A stretch of DNA of 24,000 nt, taken from Hyphomicrobium sp. Its GTDB lineage: Bacteria; Pseudomonadota; Alphaproteobacteria; Rhizobiales; Hyphomicrobiaceae. The notes below the pieces were generated by a model. That model ran no database searches. It saw only the letters and a program-made list of their open reading frames with translations, and was not told the DNA's origin. Within the stretch, counting starts at the first letter, position 1; each line of letters starts with the position of its first letter. Position numbers and translations under genes: made by a program. Shown in pieces: positions 8,058 through 15,647 of the stretch. The DNA lies in contig JANRIH010000038.1 of assembly GCA_033765145.1 (NCBI GenBank), forward strand, positions 182,507 to 206,506. Reading direction: 5' to 3'.

Positions 8058-10325
8058 ATGGATGCTGACAGGCCAATCAAGACTACTGCCGAAGATCGGC
8101 TCGGGTTTGCGCCAGTGGCCCGGCACTTGGCTCAGGTCATTCTCGATCAATCGGCGAAGGATGGGCTGGTCTTCGGCATCGAAGGCGAATGGGGTTCGGG
8201 CAAATCAACGCTGATCAACCTCGCCATTGTCGCTTTGAGGGAAGACTCCGTCGCGCCAGAGATCATCGAGTATTCGCCCTGGCTCGTTGGTTCGCGTGAC
8301 GACCTCCTCGCGAATCTCTTCGACGAGCTCGCGGCGGCCGCCGGCAAGATTGACCCCGTTGAGCCCACGGACATTCCTCCTCCGCAAACGTGGCGCGACG
8401 CGATCAACAAGCGTTTTGGGAGCGACGCCCACTACCGGCTGAAGCGTAAGGAGCGCCTAAAAAAGCAGCTCAGCGGCAAGCTACAAGCCTTCGGTGCAGT
8501 CGCGGGCGGCTTATCGAAGCTGATAAAATCTTCCGCAGCCCTCGGTGTGCCTTACACGGAAACAGCCGGCACTATCGTCGAACGCGCCGGCGAAGGTGCG
8601 AAGAGCCTCTTCTCGTCTGCCTCAATTACCAAGAGGAAGGCCGAGATTGTCGAGGCGCTGAAGCTCCTGTCTCGCCGTATCGTCGTTTTCGTCGACGATC
8701 TCGATCGCCTCGAGCCTCGCGAGGCCAGCGAAGTTTTGCGCCTCATCCGCGCTGTCGCCGACTTCCCAAACGTCATCTACATCCTCTCATACGATATCGA
8801 TGTCGTCTCCAAAACGCTGCAGAAGGCTATCCAGGTGGACGATGGTCACGCATTCCTGGAGAAGATCGTCCAGGTCAGCTTCAAGGTGCCCCGCCCGGAA
8901 GCATTCGACCTGAGGCGCTGGTTTCACGGTGAGGTGCGGGGGCTATTTGCCGACGAGATCACACAGGCATCGAACCTCCAGAGGCCCGTAGTGCAACGTC
9001 TTGCACGTGCGATCGATGTCCAGGGCGGACGTTATCTGACAACGCCACGCGACGTCGTCAGGGCTCTCAACTCGCTTCGCCTGCATGCGATCCCAGTGCG
9101 TACCCACATCGATGTGGCCGACATGATCTGGCTGCAACTTGTACGAATTGGCAATCCTGCTTTCTACGCCTGGATTGAGGAGTACCTGACCGACACCTCT
9201 GCCATCTATCGAGGGTCGAGCGTCACTGGTCATGTTGCTGCCCATACTGGGCAACGGTTGAACGACATCCTCGCCGCAGAGAACCTCGACATCGACTACG
9301 CGCGCATCGAGCTGTCCACCTTATTGCCGGGGGTCATGCACGGATTTGGCAACCAGAATGAGACGCCGCATCGCGTCTTCAACAACCTCGGTCGCGAGGT
9401 CTTCAACCGATTCATCGTCGAGCGACGATTGGGGAGTCCTGAGCACTACCGCTACTATTTCGCCTTTGCACAGCCCGGCGGTGCGCTCCGCGACGATCAG
9501 GTCGATGCTTTTCTGCTGCAGGCCCAACACGATCAGAACGCGACGATCAGCCTGCTTCAGGAACTCGGACGCGAAACTCGCCCGCAAGGCGGCGTAATGG
9601 CCGAGCTCATGATCGAAAGACTCGTCGCGGCCGTCGAGCGGATACCGGAGGCGGCAATCTCAAACATTATGTCTGCGCTTTCGGACATTCTAGATGACGT
9701 CGCGCTTTCCACACGCGATGGAGATTGGGGCCAGCACCGCTCATGGGAAGCAGCAGAGCTTCTGGTCGAAAAACTCATGCGCAAAGTCACCGACCCTGCC
9801 GTACGTCGGGACTGCATCGCTCGATTGTTCACGGATGGGCGCGCTATCGGTTGGCAGACTAGTCTCTTGATGAGCGAAATCTTCGCCCACGGCCACTATG
9901 GCGACAGGGAGGAGCCCCAGGGGCAGAGGCTGCTGACGCCGGCCGAGTTTCACCAGGCATTGGCCTCCATGATCGGTCGTTACAAGGCTATGCCCCCTGC
10001 CCAACTGAGGGCTGTTCCCAACCTCGTCAGTCTGCTCTACGGCTGGAAGCAGGCTGCACGCAATGATGACGCTAGGCTGTGGGTCGAAGCCAATACGCAA
10101 ACGGATGACGATTTGCTGGCTTTTCTGTCGCGCGCGCGGGGGTGGTCCTCGAGCAATGGGGTAGTCCAGTATCCGCTCAAGCGTCAGGACCTCTCGAACT
10201 TTCTGGACTACGATTCCGCCGTCCGCCGCGTGGAAGCGATTGCAGTTGATACGCAGGCGCCCGCCGAACGCCGACAACTCGCAGCCGAGTTACTCATCGC
10301 TATTCGGCAAGGTCAAGGAGACTAA
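8058..10325 (+). CDS. KAP-family P-loop NTPase, 755 aa, without obvious transmembrane insert
   Basis: The N-terminus, DRLGFAPVARHLAQVI, is followed by Walker A GEWGSGKST (aa 43-51). Walker B VVFVDDLDRLEP lies about 160 aa downstream (DD at aa 213-214), followed by EVLRLIRAVADFPNVIYILSYD. This is the characteristic KAP (PF07693-type) layout. GC is lower than in the flanks. Confidence 0.85.
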   Translation: MDADRPIKTTAEDRLGFAPVARHLAQVILDQSAKDGLVFGIEGEWGSGKSTLINLAIVALREDSVAPEIIEYSPWLVGSRDDLLANLFDELAAAAGKIDPVEPTDIPPPQTWRDAINKRFGSDAHYRLKRKERLKKQLSGKLQAFGAVAGGLSKLIKSSAALGVPYTETAGTIVERAGEGAKSLFSSASITKRKAEIVEALKLLSRRIVVFVDDLDRLEPREASEVLRLIRAVADFPNVIYILSYDIDVVSKTLQKAIQVDDGHAFLEKIVQVSFKVPRPEAFDLRRWFHGEVRGLFADEITQASNLQRPVVQRLARAIDVQGGRYLTTPRDVVRALNSLRLHAIPVRTHIDVADMIWLQLVRIGNPAFYAWIEEYLTDTSAIYRGSSVTGHVAAHTGQRLNDILAAENLDIDYARIELSTLLPGVMHGFGNQNETPHRVFNNLGREVFNRFIVERRLGSPEHYRYYFAFAQPGGALRDDQVDAFLLQAQHDQNATISLLQELGRETRPQGGVMAELMIERLVAAVERIPEAAISNIMSALSDILDDVALSTRDGDWGQHRSWEAAELLVEKLMRKVTDPAVRRDCIARLFTDGRAIGWQTSLLMSEIFAHGHYGDREEPQGQRLLTPAEFHQALASMIGRYKAMPPAQLRAVPNLVSLLYGWKQAARNDDARLWVEANTQTDDDLLAFLSRARGWSSSNGVVQYPLKRQDLSNFLDYDSAVRRVEAIAVDTQAPAERRQLAAELLIAIRQGQGD

Positions 10326-10570
10326 CGGGCGCCGCGCGGTAACGTGGCACGCCCCTGATTGTCGCCTTCACGCTCCACGAAAGGTGGTTGCTTGCGCTCC
10401 ATGAAGCGCTACGCGGATGCAATCCTTTTAATTCCAGACATTGTCGTCGGCGCGTTCAGCTTCACTCATAACAAGTCGCTCAAGGTCCGCTTGTGGGATG
10501 TTCCACACATCCACCGCACGCTTCTGCACAACTCCCCGATGCCCACGGCCCCCACTTCCCACGACCACCG

Positions 10571-11191
10571 CTACCGCTGTACCGTCCCCATACCCCTCAC
10601 CTCCGCCAGTTCCGCCTCCAACTCCGCCACGCGCTGTTGAAGGGTCGCGACGGCGGCTTCCACATCCTCCCGTGCGAAGAGCTGCGGAATGTGCTGCGGG
10701 CAGTTGCGGTCCCACGCCGAGATCGTGAAAAGGATCGCACGCTCGGCCGTGGCGGCACCCGAATTCGGCATGAGGCGCGAGAGCAGCGCGTTGTCGTCCT
10801 CGACGATGCGGGCTGTGCCCCAGAGCTTGATGCGAAGCCGCCGCGCATAGTCCATGACAAAGATGAACGCGCGCGGATTGTCCGCGAGGTTCCCGGCCGT
10901 GATGTACTGCCGGTTGCCCGAGAGGTCCGCGAAGCCGAGCGTTTTCTCGTCGATCACCTTGAGGAACCCCGCCGGCCCGCCGCGATGCTGGATGTAGGGC
11001 TGTCCTTCCACGTTCGCGGTCCCGAGATAGAACGAGCGCACGGTCCCGAGAAACTGCGCGAGATCGGGCGTCACGCGGTCCGACCAGCCCTTTCCCGTCT
11101 CCATGCGCGCGTACTGTGCCCGCGACCCGAGCCGCGTCTGCTGGGCTTTGACCGAGGGCGTGAACGCGATGTCCGAGACGGGTAATTTCAT
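10571..11191 (-). CDS. Pyridoxamine 5'-phosphate oxidase-family (FMN-binding split-barrel) protein
   Basis: Track ORF 10571..11236 trimmed to ATG 11191 (AAGGAA upstream). The sequence ...FLGTVRSFYLGTANVEGQPYIQHRGGPAGFLKVIDEKTLGFADLSGNRQYITAGNL..NPRAFIFVMDY..R.RIKLWG.A fits the PNPOx-like fold family. It lies immediately downstream of the GST gene on the same strand. Confidence 0.75.
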   Translation of the reverse strand: MKLPVSDIAFTPSVKAQQTRLGSRAQYARMETGKGWSDRVTPDLAQFLGTVRSFYLGTANVEGQPYIQHRGGPAGFLKVIDEKTLGFADLSGNRQYITAGNLADNPRAFIFVMDYARRLRIKLWGTARIVEDDNALLSRLMPNSGAATAERAILFTISAWDRNCPQHIPQLFAREDVEAAVATLQQRVAELEAELAEVRGMGTVQR

Positions 11192-11236
11192 GGCGGAGAG
11201 TTCCTTTTGATGTCGGTCCACGGGCGAGCCGCGCAC

Positions 11237-11836
11237 TCAAATAGCCGGCATGCCGATGAAGCCGGGCAGTGCTTTGACGCGGCCAACCCACGCCGCGACT
11301 GCCGGATACCCATCGTGCGGCACACCACCCTCGTGTCCGAGCGCGATGTAGGGCATGCACGCGACATCCGCGATCGTCGGCCGGCCAAGCGCGAGCCATG
11401 GCTCGTGCGTCAGGTGCGCATTCATCAGGCTGAGGATGCGGGCGGCGTTGGCACGCGCGGCCTCGACGTCGAGTTTGCGGCCGAATTTGTCGTGCCGCCG
11501 CGCATCGTTCGGGCCGCGAGCAATCTCGTTTTCCGCGACCATCAGCCATTGCGTGACGGTCGCGAGCCCGGCCGCATCCGTAGGAAGCCACGCTTCCCCG
11601 CCCCACTTCCGCGCGATGTAGACGAGGATCGCCTGACTGTCGCGCAGTACAACGTTCCCGTCACGGAAGATCGGAACTTCACCGAACGGGTTGAGATCGA
11701 TGAGCGGCGGCTTCTTGTGATCGCCCGCGAGGAAATTCACCGGCACCACGTCGAGAGGTACGCCGATCAGCGCCGCAAGTAGACGGACTTTGTAGCAGTT
11801 CCCTGAAACCTCGACATCGTGGAGCGTGGCGGTCAT
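11237..11836 (-). CDS. Glutathione S-transferase
   Basis: 199 aa. The N-terminal thioredoxin-like domain has SGNCYKVRLLAALIGVPLDVVPVNF..GDHKKPPLIDLNPFGEVPIF.DG..VLRDSQAILVYIA, followed by a helical C-domain. Probably co-transcribed with the PNPOx gene. Confidence 0.85.
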   Translation of the reverse strand: MTATLHDVEVSGNCYKVRLLAALIGVPLDVVPVNFLAGDHKKPPLIDLNPFGEVPIFRDGNVVLRDSQAILVYIARKWGGEAWLPTDAAGLATVTQWLMVAENEIARGPNDARRHDKFGRKLDVEAARANAARILSLMNAHLTHEPWLALGRPTIADVACMPYIALGHEGGVPHDGYPAVAAWVGRVKALPGFIGMPAI

Positions 11837-11949
11837 GTGGCGTGTCCCATTGAGAGTGCGTTCGTCTCGACTGCCAAACTGGCGTACGGAAGGAATGTCC
11901 GGTAGAGAGAATATTCGGCATTGATATTTTCAGAATTCGGTAATGTTCC

Positions 11950-12852
11950 GTGGATCGTCTGCGCGCCATGTCCGTGTTTATTGCCGTTGCCAACGCCGGC
12001 AGCCTCTCGGCGGCAGCGCGATCGCTCGGAGAACCACTGACCAACGTGAGCCGGCTTCTGGCGCAGATCGAAGAGCATCTCGGTGTGACGCTTGTCGAAC
12101 GCACGACGCGACGGCTGGCGTTGACGGCGGCGGGGCGCGACTATCTCGGCACCTGTCGCCGAATCCTCGAAGACTTGAACACGGCCGAAGCCCTACTCGC
12201 CGGACAATCGAGCGCGCTCTCGGGCGGTCTGTCCGTGACGGCGCCCGTCGGGCTCGGCCGCCGCCATGTCCTCCCCGTCGTGACGGATTTCCTTGCGGCC
12301 TACCCGGAGATCAATGTGCGGCTCGTTCTGCTCGACCGCATCGTCGATCTCATGGGTGAGGATGTCGATGTCGCGATCCGCGTCGGGAAGATGAAGGACA
12401 GCCAGTTGCTCGCGTCTGGCGTTGGCACGCTGAAACTGGTCACGTGCGCGGCGCCAGCCTATCTTGCGCGCCGGGGCGCGCCCCATACGGTGGACGCGAT
12501 CGCCGGTCACGACTGCATCACGTTCGGTGGCCTGTCCGGCGGCACCCGATGGGTCTTCACGAGCCGACGCTATGGGCGCCAGGCGATCCGCGTGCGGTCG
12601 CGCCTCGACGTCAACGCGGCCGACGCCGCGGTCGCGGCTGCCGTGGAGGGTGTCGGCATAGCGCGGGTGCTCTCCTATCAGGCCGAAGACGCGCTGAGAT
12701 CGCGGGCACTCGTGCCCGTCCTGCAGCGGTTTGATGACGGGGCGATCCCGGTGAGCCTGGTCCATCGGCCCGCGCGGGCGTCGACATCGATCGTGCGCGA
12801 ATTCGTGCGCTTTGCGTCAGCAAAGCTCCGCGCCCGGCTCGAAGGAGGCTGA
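11950..12852 (+). CDS. LysR-family transcriptional regulator
   Basis: GTG start gives MDRLRAMSVFIAVANAGSLSAAARSLGEPLTNVSRLLAQIEEHLGVTLVERTTRRLALTAAGRDYL, a canonical LysR wHTH, followed by a substrate-binding domain. Divergent from the GST-PNPOx pair. Confidence 0.9.
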   Translation: MDRLRAMSVFIAVANAGSLSAAARSLGEPLTNVSRLLAQIEEHLGVTLVERTTRRLALTAAGRDYLGTCRRILEDLNTAEALLAGQSSALSGGLSVTAPVGLGRRHVLPVVTDFLAAYPEINVRLVLLDRIVDLMGEDVDVAIRVGKMKDSQLLASGVGTLKLVTCAAPAYLARRGAPHTVDAIAGHDCITFGGLSGGTRWVFTSRRYGRQAIRVRSRLDVNAADAAVAAAVEGVGIARVLSYQAEDALRSRALVPVLQRFDDGAIPVSLVHRPARASTSIVREFVRFASAKLRARLEGG

Positions 12853-13117
12853 TCCGCCCGATCGAGATGCCCCTACGAGGCACCCGACGCCGAAGCCGGC
12901 GACAATATTGACTCTCCTCAAATGAAACGGGGTCAAGCCGACATATAATTCGCATTTAAACGGTCGCGCAGCACATCCAATGGCGACCGGCCCTGAACAC
13001 GGCCGCACATGCGATCCGCTCGCAGAACTCGATGCGCCCGATGCTTGCGAACTGGCGCGACAAGAGATCGAACCGAAGAACGAAGTCGGCTTCGCCTCAC
13101 AACTGGAGGATCACCCG

Positions 13118-13687
13118 ATGGCTGGAACGCTGAAGACACTCGCTTCTTTTGCAGCAGGTCTTTTGACCCTCGGCGCGACCGCGCTCGCGGACGATCATGA
13201 GCACGATCAAGCGCAGCAAATGCCGATGATGGGTCAAGGGATGGGCATGATGGGCGATTGTCCCATGATGGGCGGCGGCATGGGAGAGATGCGGCAGGGC
13301 ATGCCCGGAGGGATGGCCCCCGGGATGATGGGCCAGCACATGGGACCCGGCATGATGATGAGCCGTGGCCCGATGATGGAAGGGCGGCTCGCCTACCTCA
13401 AAGCCGAGCTGGGAATCACTGACTCACAGGCGTCGTCGTGGGATGGCTACGTTGCGGCGGTCAAGGAGCGTGCTGATTCCATGCAGAAGATGCACGCGAC
13501 GATGATGCAAGCGATGAACTCCGGCACGGCGGCCGAGAGAATGAACACCCGCATCAAGCATATGGAAGCCATGCTCGACGCTCTGAAGATCATGAAGCCC
13601 GCGACCGAGGCGCTCTACAAGGCCCTGAGCGACGACCAGAAGAAAAAGGCCGATGTGCTGCTCGGAATGGGCTGTTGCATGATGTGA
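13118..13687 (+). CDS. Secreted Met-rich Spy/CpxP/ZraP-like (LTXXQ-motif) periplasmic protein
   Basis: ATG 13118 is preceded by GGAGGA. The signal peptide is MAGTLKTLASFAAGLLTLGATALA|DD. A His/Met-rich stretch follows (20 Met in 57 residues, aa 33-89). Two LTXXQ-type helices follow (LGITDSQASSW and LYKALSDDQKKKADVLL), and the C-terminus is GMGCCMM. The upstream extension to 12980 in the track lacks an SD and would precede the signal peptide. Confidence 0.75.
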   Translation: MAGTLKTLASFAAGLLTLGATALADDHEHDQAQQMPMMGQGMGMMGDCPMMGGGMGEMRQGMPGGMAPGMMGQHMGPGMMMSRGPMMEGRLAYLKAELGITDSQASSWDGYVAAVKERADSMQKMHATMMQAMNSGTAAERMNTRIKHMEAMLDALKIMKPATEALYKALSDDQKKKADVLLGMGCCMM

Positions 13688-13894
13688 CGGCCTATGAAAG
13701 CACGACGAAGTATCTATCGGCAGATGGGCCAAATCCGACCAAGCGGCGCCTTTCGACCCGGTCGCGCGACGCCGCCAAAGAGCGGCGACTCCCGTTGGGG
13801 CACGCTCAAGACCAGTGAACGCGATTGGACGGCCGCAGCACAAGGACCGGACGCATTCGGAAGGCGCTCCCGCCCCGCCAGCACCAAACGTGAA

Positions 13895-13931
13895 CATTTC
13901 AACGGTTATGAATTGGCCAGTTGACGTATGT
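13895..13931 (+). repeat. Left terminal inverted repeat of the IS1595-family element
   Basis: The left repeat is CATTTCAACGGTTATGAATTGGCCAGTTGACGTATGT. The reverse complement of 15609-15647 is CATTACAAACCGTTGATGGATTGGCCAGTTGACGTATGT. The 20-bp core ATTGGCCAGTTGACGTATGT is identical (13912-13931). The outer part matches at 14 of 19 aligned columns with two 1-nt indels. Confidence 0.65.
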
Positions 13932-13975
13932 TCCTGGAGTCGTGCTATGACCCGAGCGCGGCTCTGGAGTTCGTC

Positions 13976-14620
13976 ATGGAAAGGCAATGGAGTACGGTCC
14001 TTCAACTATTGCTCACAGGCGTGGGCATGATCGCGGGAACTTGGAGTGTTGTGTTAGGCGCCGCCTTGATCGGCTGGGCTGTACTGTTGTTCGTTCGGGC
14101 TAATCATCACTCGATTTGTCGCGGCATTACAAACTATGTCGGCGTCGGGATGGATTGGTGCTCAGGTGATCTACAACAAACCACAGTGGAAGCATCTTCG
14201 GTAAGGCCTGCTCAGCCCCAACCGGATTGGGCTTTGGGCGAACTCCTGCGAGGACTTCATCCCAATCCACTTGATGATGCAAATTGGCTGGCGGTAGGCA
14301 ATGAAGTGCGGGACGCCGCATCACTTGGAAAAATTCAAGTATGGGGCCGATTTGCAGTCATTGAGCAAAGCTCCGCGTCGGAGGCAACGAAGTCAGCGTT
14401 GATTAAGGTGGAAGCTGATTACTGGAAGAATGCTCAGTTTAATTGGGCAACTATCTTGGAGACGAAAACCCATTTGCCACAGACAGTGCCGTTGCCGCAT
14501 AAATGCCACGCTGATTTTACTCGCTACAATGACTTGTATGTGAACAAAGCGCAGTGCATTGAGTGTTGGCCCCGAAGGTTGCAGGTGGAAAATGTCCCGC
14601 GGCAAATACCTCAGCCTTGA
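13976..14620 (+). CDS. Hypothetical membrane protein (N-terminal hydrophobic hairpin plus ~150-aa soluble domain); IS passenger
   Basis: ATG 13976 is preceded by GGAG at 6-nt spacing (track start 13928 lies inside the IR and has no SD). The product begins MERQWSTVLQLLLTGVGMIAGTWSVVLGAALIGWAVLLFV, about 36 hydrophobic residues, then a polar domain ending ...YNDLYVNKAQCIECWP... Low GC for this genome (24/60 in 14401-14460). No family recognised. Confidence 0.55.
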   Translation: MERQWSTVLQLLLTGVGMIAGTWSVVLGAALIGWAVLLFVRANHHSICRGITNYVGVGMDWCSGDLQQTTVEASSVRPAQPQPDWALGELLRGLHPNPLDDANWLAVGNEVRDAASLGKIQVWGRFAVIEQSSASEATKSALIKVEADYWKNAQFNWATILETKTHLPQTVPLPHKCHADFTRYNDLYVNKAQCIECWPRRLQVENVPRQIPQP

Positions 14621-14801
14621 AGAAGCCCGCCAGTCCGGCGACTTCAAGAAGTTCTGCGCGGACCATCCGTCGGAAGCGGATCGCGCCCGATTCCTCAAGC
14701 TTCTGACCCTCATGTCGCAAGGCGCTTTAGAAGGCGAGGAAACATCCCCGCCGGATCATGTCGCTGATTCCAACGGAACTCGAACTCGGCGAGATACTTA
14801 G
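14592..14801 (+). CDS. Hypothetical 69-aa protein; IS passenger, overlapping both neighbours
   Basis: ATG 14592 is preceded by GGTGGA. The product is MSRGKYLSLEEARQSGDFKKFCADHPSEADRARFLKLLTLMSQGALEGEETSPPDHVADSNGTRTRRDT. Of the first 39 codons after the ATG, 30 end in G/C. It overlaps the preceding ORF by 29 nt, and its last 92 nt are antisense to the transposase 3' end, which lowers confidence in the C-terminal part. Confidence 0.4.
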   Translation: MSRGKYLSLEEARQSGDFKKFCADHPSEADRARFLKLLTLMSQGALEGEETSPPDHVADSNGTRTRRDT

Positions 14802-15570
14802 CCAGATGGTTGCGCGACACGTGGACGTGCGTGCCCTTGATCGACCGCTTGAAGATCGACCAGAACGATTCAATGGTCTGCGTGTGGTGCTTGCCGCGCA
14901 CCCATTCCTCTTTCGAGTGCACAACGGTGCCGTGCTCGTAACCGGCCATCGCCAGATAGTGGTAGCTTTTCAATTCGTCGGTCGTGATGGTTGAGCCCTT
15001 CTCGACGTTCTTGATGATGGGCGGAAGCAGAGAGCGGCCGCTGACATCGGGCACCACTTTGGTGATCACGTCTCCGCCACGCTGGACAATGCCCAGCACG
15101 GCCGTCTTGTTCGGGCCGCCCCGGCCGCGCTTCCCCTTCCGGAAACCGCCGATGTAAGCTTCGTCGACCTCGATATGGCCGGACAGCCTCCGGTCCCCGT
15201 CGACGACGGCAAGGTACTTGCGGATTTCATGGCCCATGCGCCACGCGGTCTTGTAGTTCACGGAGAGTTGGCGCTGCAGTTCCTTGGCGGGAACGCCGTG
15301 GCGCGTCGTCGTGAACAGATACATGGCATAGAACCACTTCTGCAGCGGCGTATGCGACTTGTGAAACGGCGTGCCCACCATCGGGTGGACATGGTTACCA
15401 CATTGGCAGGTGTAGGCCGGCATCTTCGCCAGCTTCTTCCACTTGCCGCTCTCTCCGCAGCGCGTGCACTCGTGCTCCGTGCCGTAGCGCGCCTTAAACA
15501 GGTGTTCGAGGCAAGCGTCGTCGTTGGGAAAGAGCGTCATGAACTCTGTGATCGGCATCGGCTTGGACAT
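14710..15570 (-). CDS. IS1595-family (ISXO2-like) DDE transposase
   Basis: Track ORF 14710..15612 trimmed to ATG 15570, which is preceded by GGAGG. There is an N-terminal zinc ribbon (C.EHL...H.CTRCG...YTCQCGNHVHP), then DEAYIGG, TDELKSY and QTIESFWSIFKRSIKGTHVHVS.NHL.KYLAEFEFRWNQR, the DDE(K) pattern of IS1595 transposases. Confidence 0.9.
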   Translation of the reverse strand: MSKPMPITEFMTLFPNDDACLEHLFKARYGTEHECTRCGESGKWKKLAKMPAYTCQCGNHVHPMVGTPFHKSHTPLQKWFYAMYLFTTTRHGVPAKELQRQLSVNYKTAWRMGHEIRKYLAVVDGDRRLSGHIEVDEAYIGGFRKGKRGRGGPNKTAVLGIVQRGGDVITKVVPDVSGRSLLPPIIKNVEKGSTITTDELKSYHYLAMAGYEHGTVVHSKEEWVRGKHHTQTIESFWSIFKRSIKGTHVHVSRNHLAKYLAEFEFRWNQRHDPAGMFPRLLKRLAT

Positions 15571-15590
15571 ATCGGCCTCCATCTGAAGCC

Positions 15591-15619
15591 AATATAGCAA
15601 TCCGAGATACATACGTCAA
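15591..15619 (-). promoter_or_regulatory. Sigma70-like promoter for the transposase, embedded in the right IR
   Basis: On the reverse strand: TTGACG (complement of 15614-15619), a 17-nt spacer, TATATT (complement of 15591-15596), then GGAGG and the ATG about 20 nt downstream. Sequence match only. Confidence 0.45.
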
Positions 15620-15647
15620 CTGGCCAATCCATCAACGGTTTGTAATG
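15609..15647 (-). repeat. Right terminal inverted repeat of the IS1595-family element
   Basis: Partner of 13895-13931 (see that entry). The perfect core occupies 15609-15628. Confidence 0.65.

Larger units (their letters stand above)
13895..15647 (-). mobile_element. IS1595-family insertion sequence (~1.75 kb) carrying two passenger ORFs
   Basis: Imperfect terminal inverted repeats of 37 and 39 bp share a perfect 20-bp core. They enclose an IS1595-type transposase gene and 0.8 kb of extra coding sequence. Composition inside differs from the flanking chromosome. The ends are approximate (+/- 3 bp) and no target-site duplication was seen. Confidence 0.7.

Noticed and set aside
7946-8068. 40-aa ORF (MAAIAWLADIETATAATASRREDPVAESLAFCGGDHNHGC) overlapping the KAP start via ATGGATGCTGA, considered as a possible small partner gene
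   Set aside because: It has no SD and is very short, and nothing is recognisable. I cannot distinguish it from chance. It would only become interesting if conserved upstream of KAP homologues.
10326-10640. Lower-GC spacer after the KAP gene, containing a 93-aa + ORF and a - strand tail reading ...VDVWNIPQADLERLVMSEAERADDNVWN*, considered as a gene remnant or island border
   Set aside because: The + ORF overlaps the PNPOx 3' end antisense and lacks an SD. The - strand piece has no plausible start and belongs to the spurious 392-aa ORF 10428-11606, which crosses two real genes off-frame. A relic is possible but cannot be supported.
12908-12949. TTGACT (12908-12913) and TATAAT (12944-12949) upstream of the Met-rich protein gene, considered as a promoter
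   Set aside because: The hexamers are 30 nt apart, far from the 16-19 nt a sigma70 promoter needs. No acceptable partner hexamer exists for either one.
13694-13924. 76-aa + ORF between the Met-rich protein gene and the IS
   Set aside because: It is Arg/Pro/Gly-rich with no SD and runs into the IS inverted repeat. This is probably non-coding spacer.
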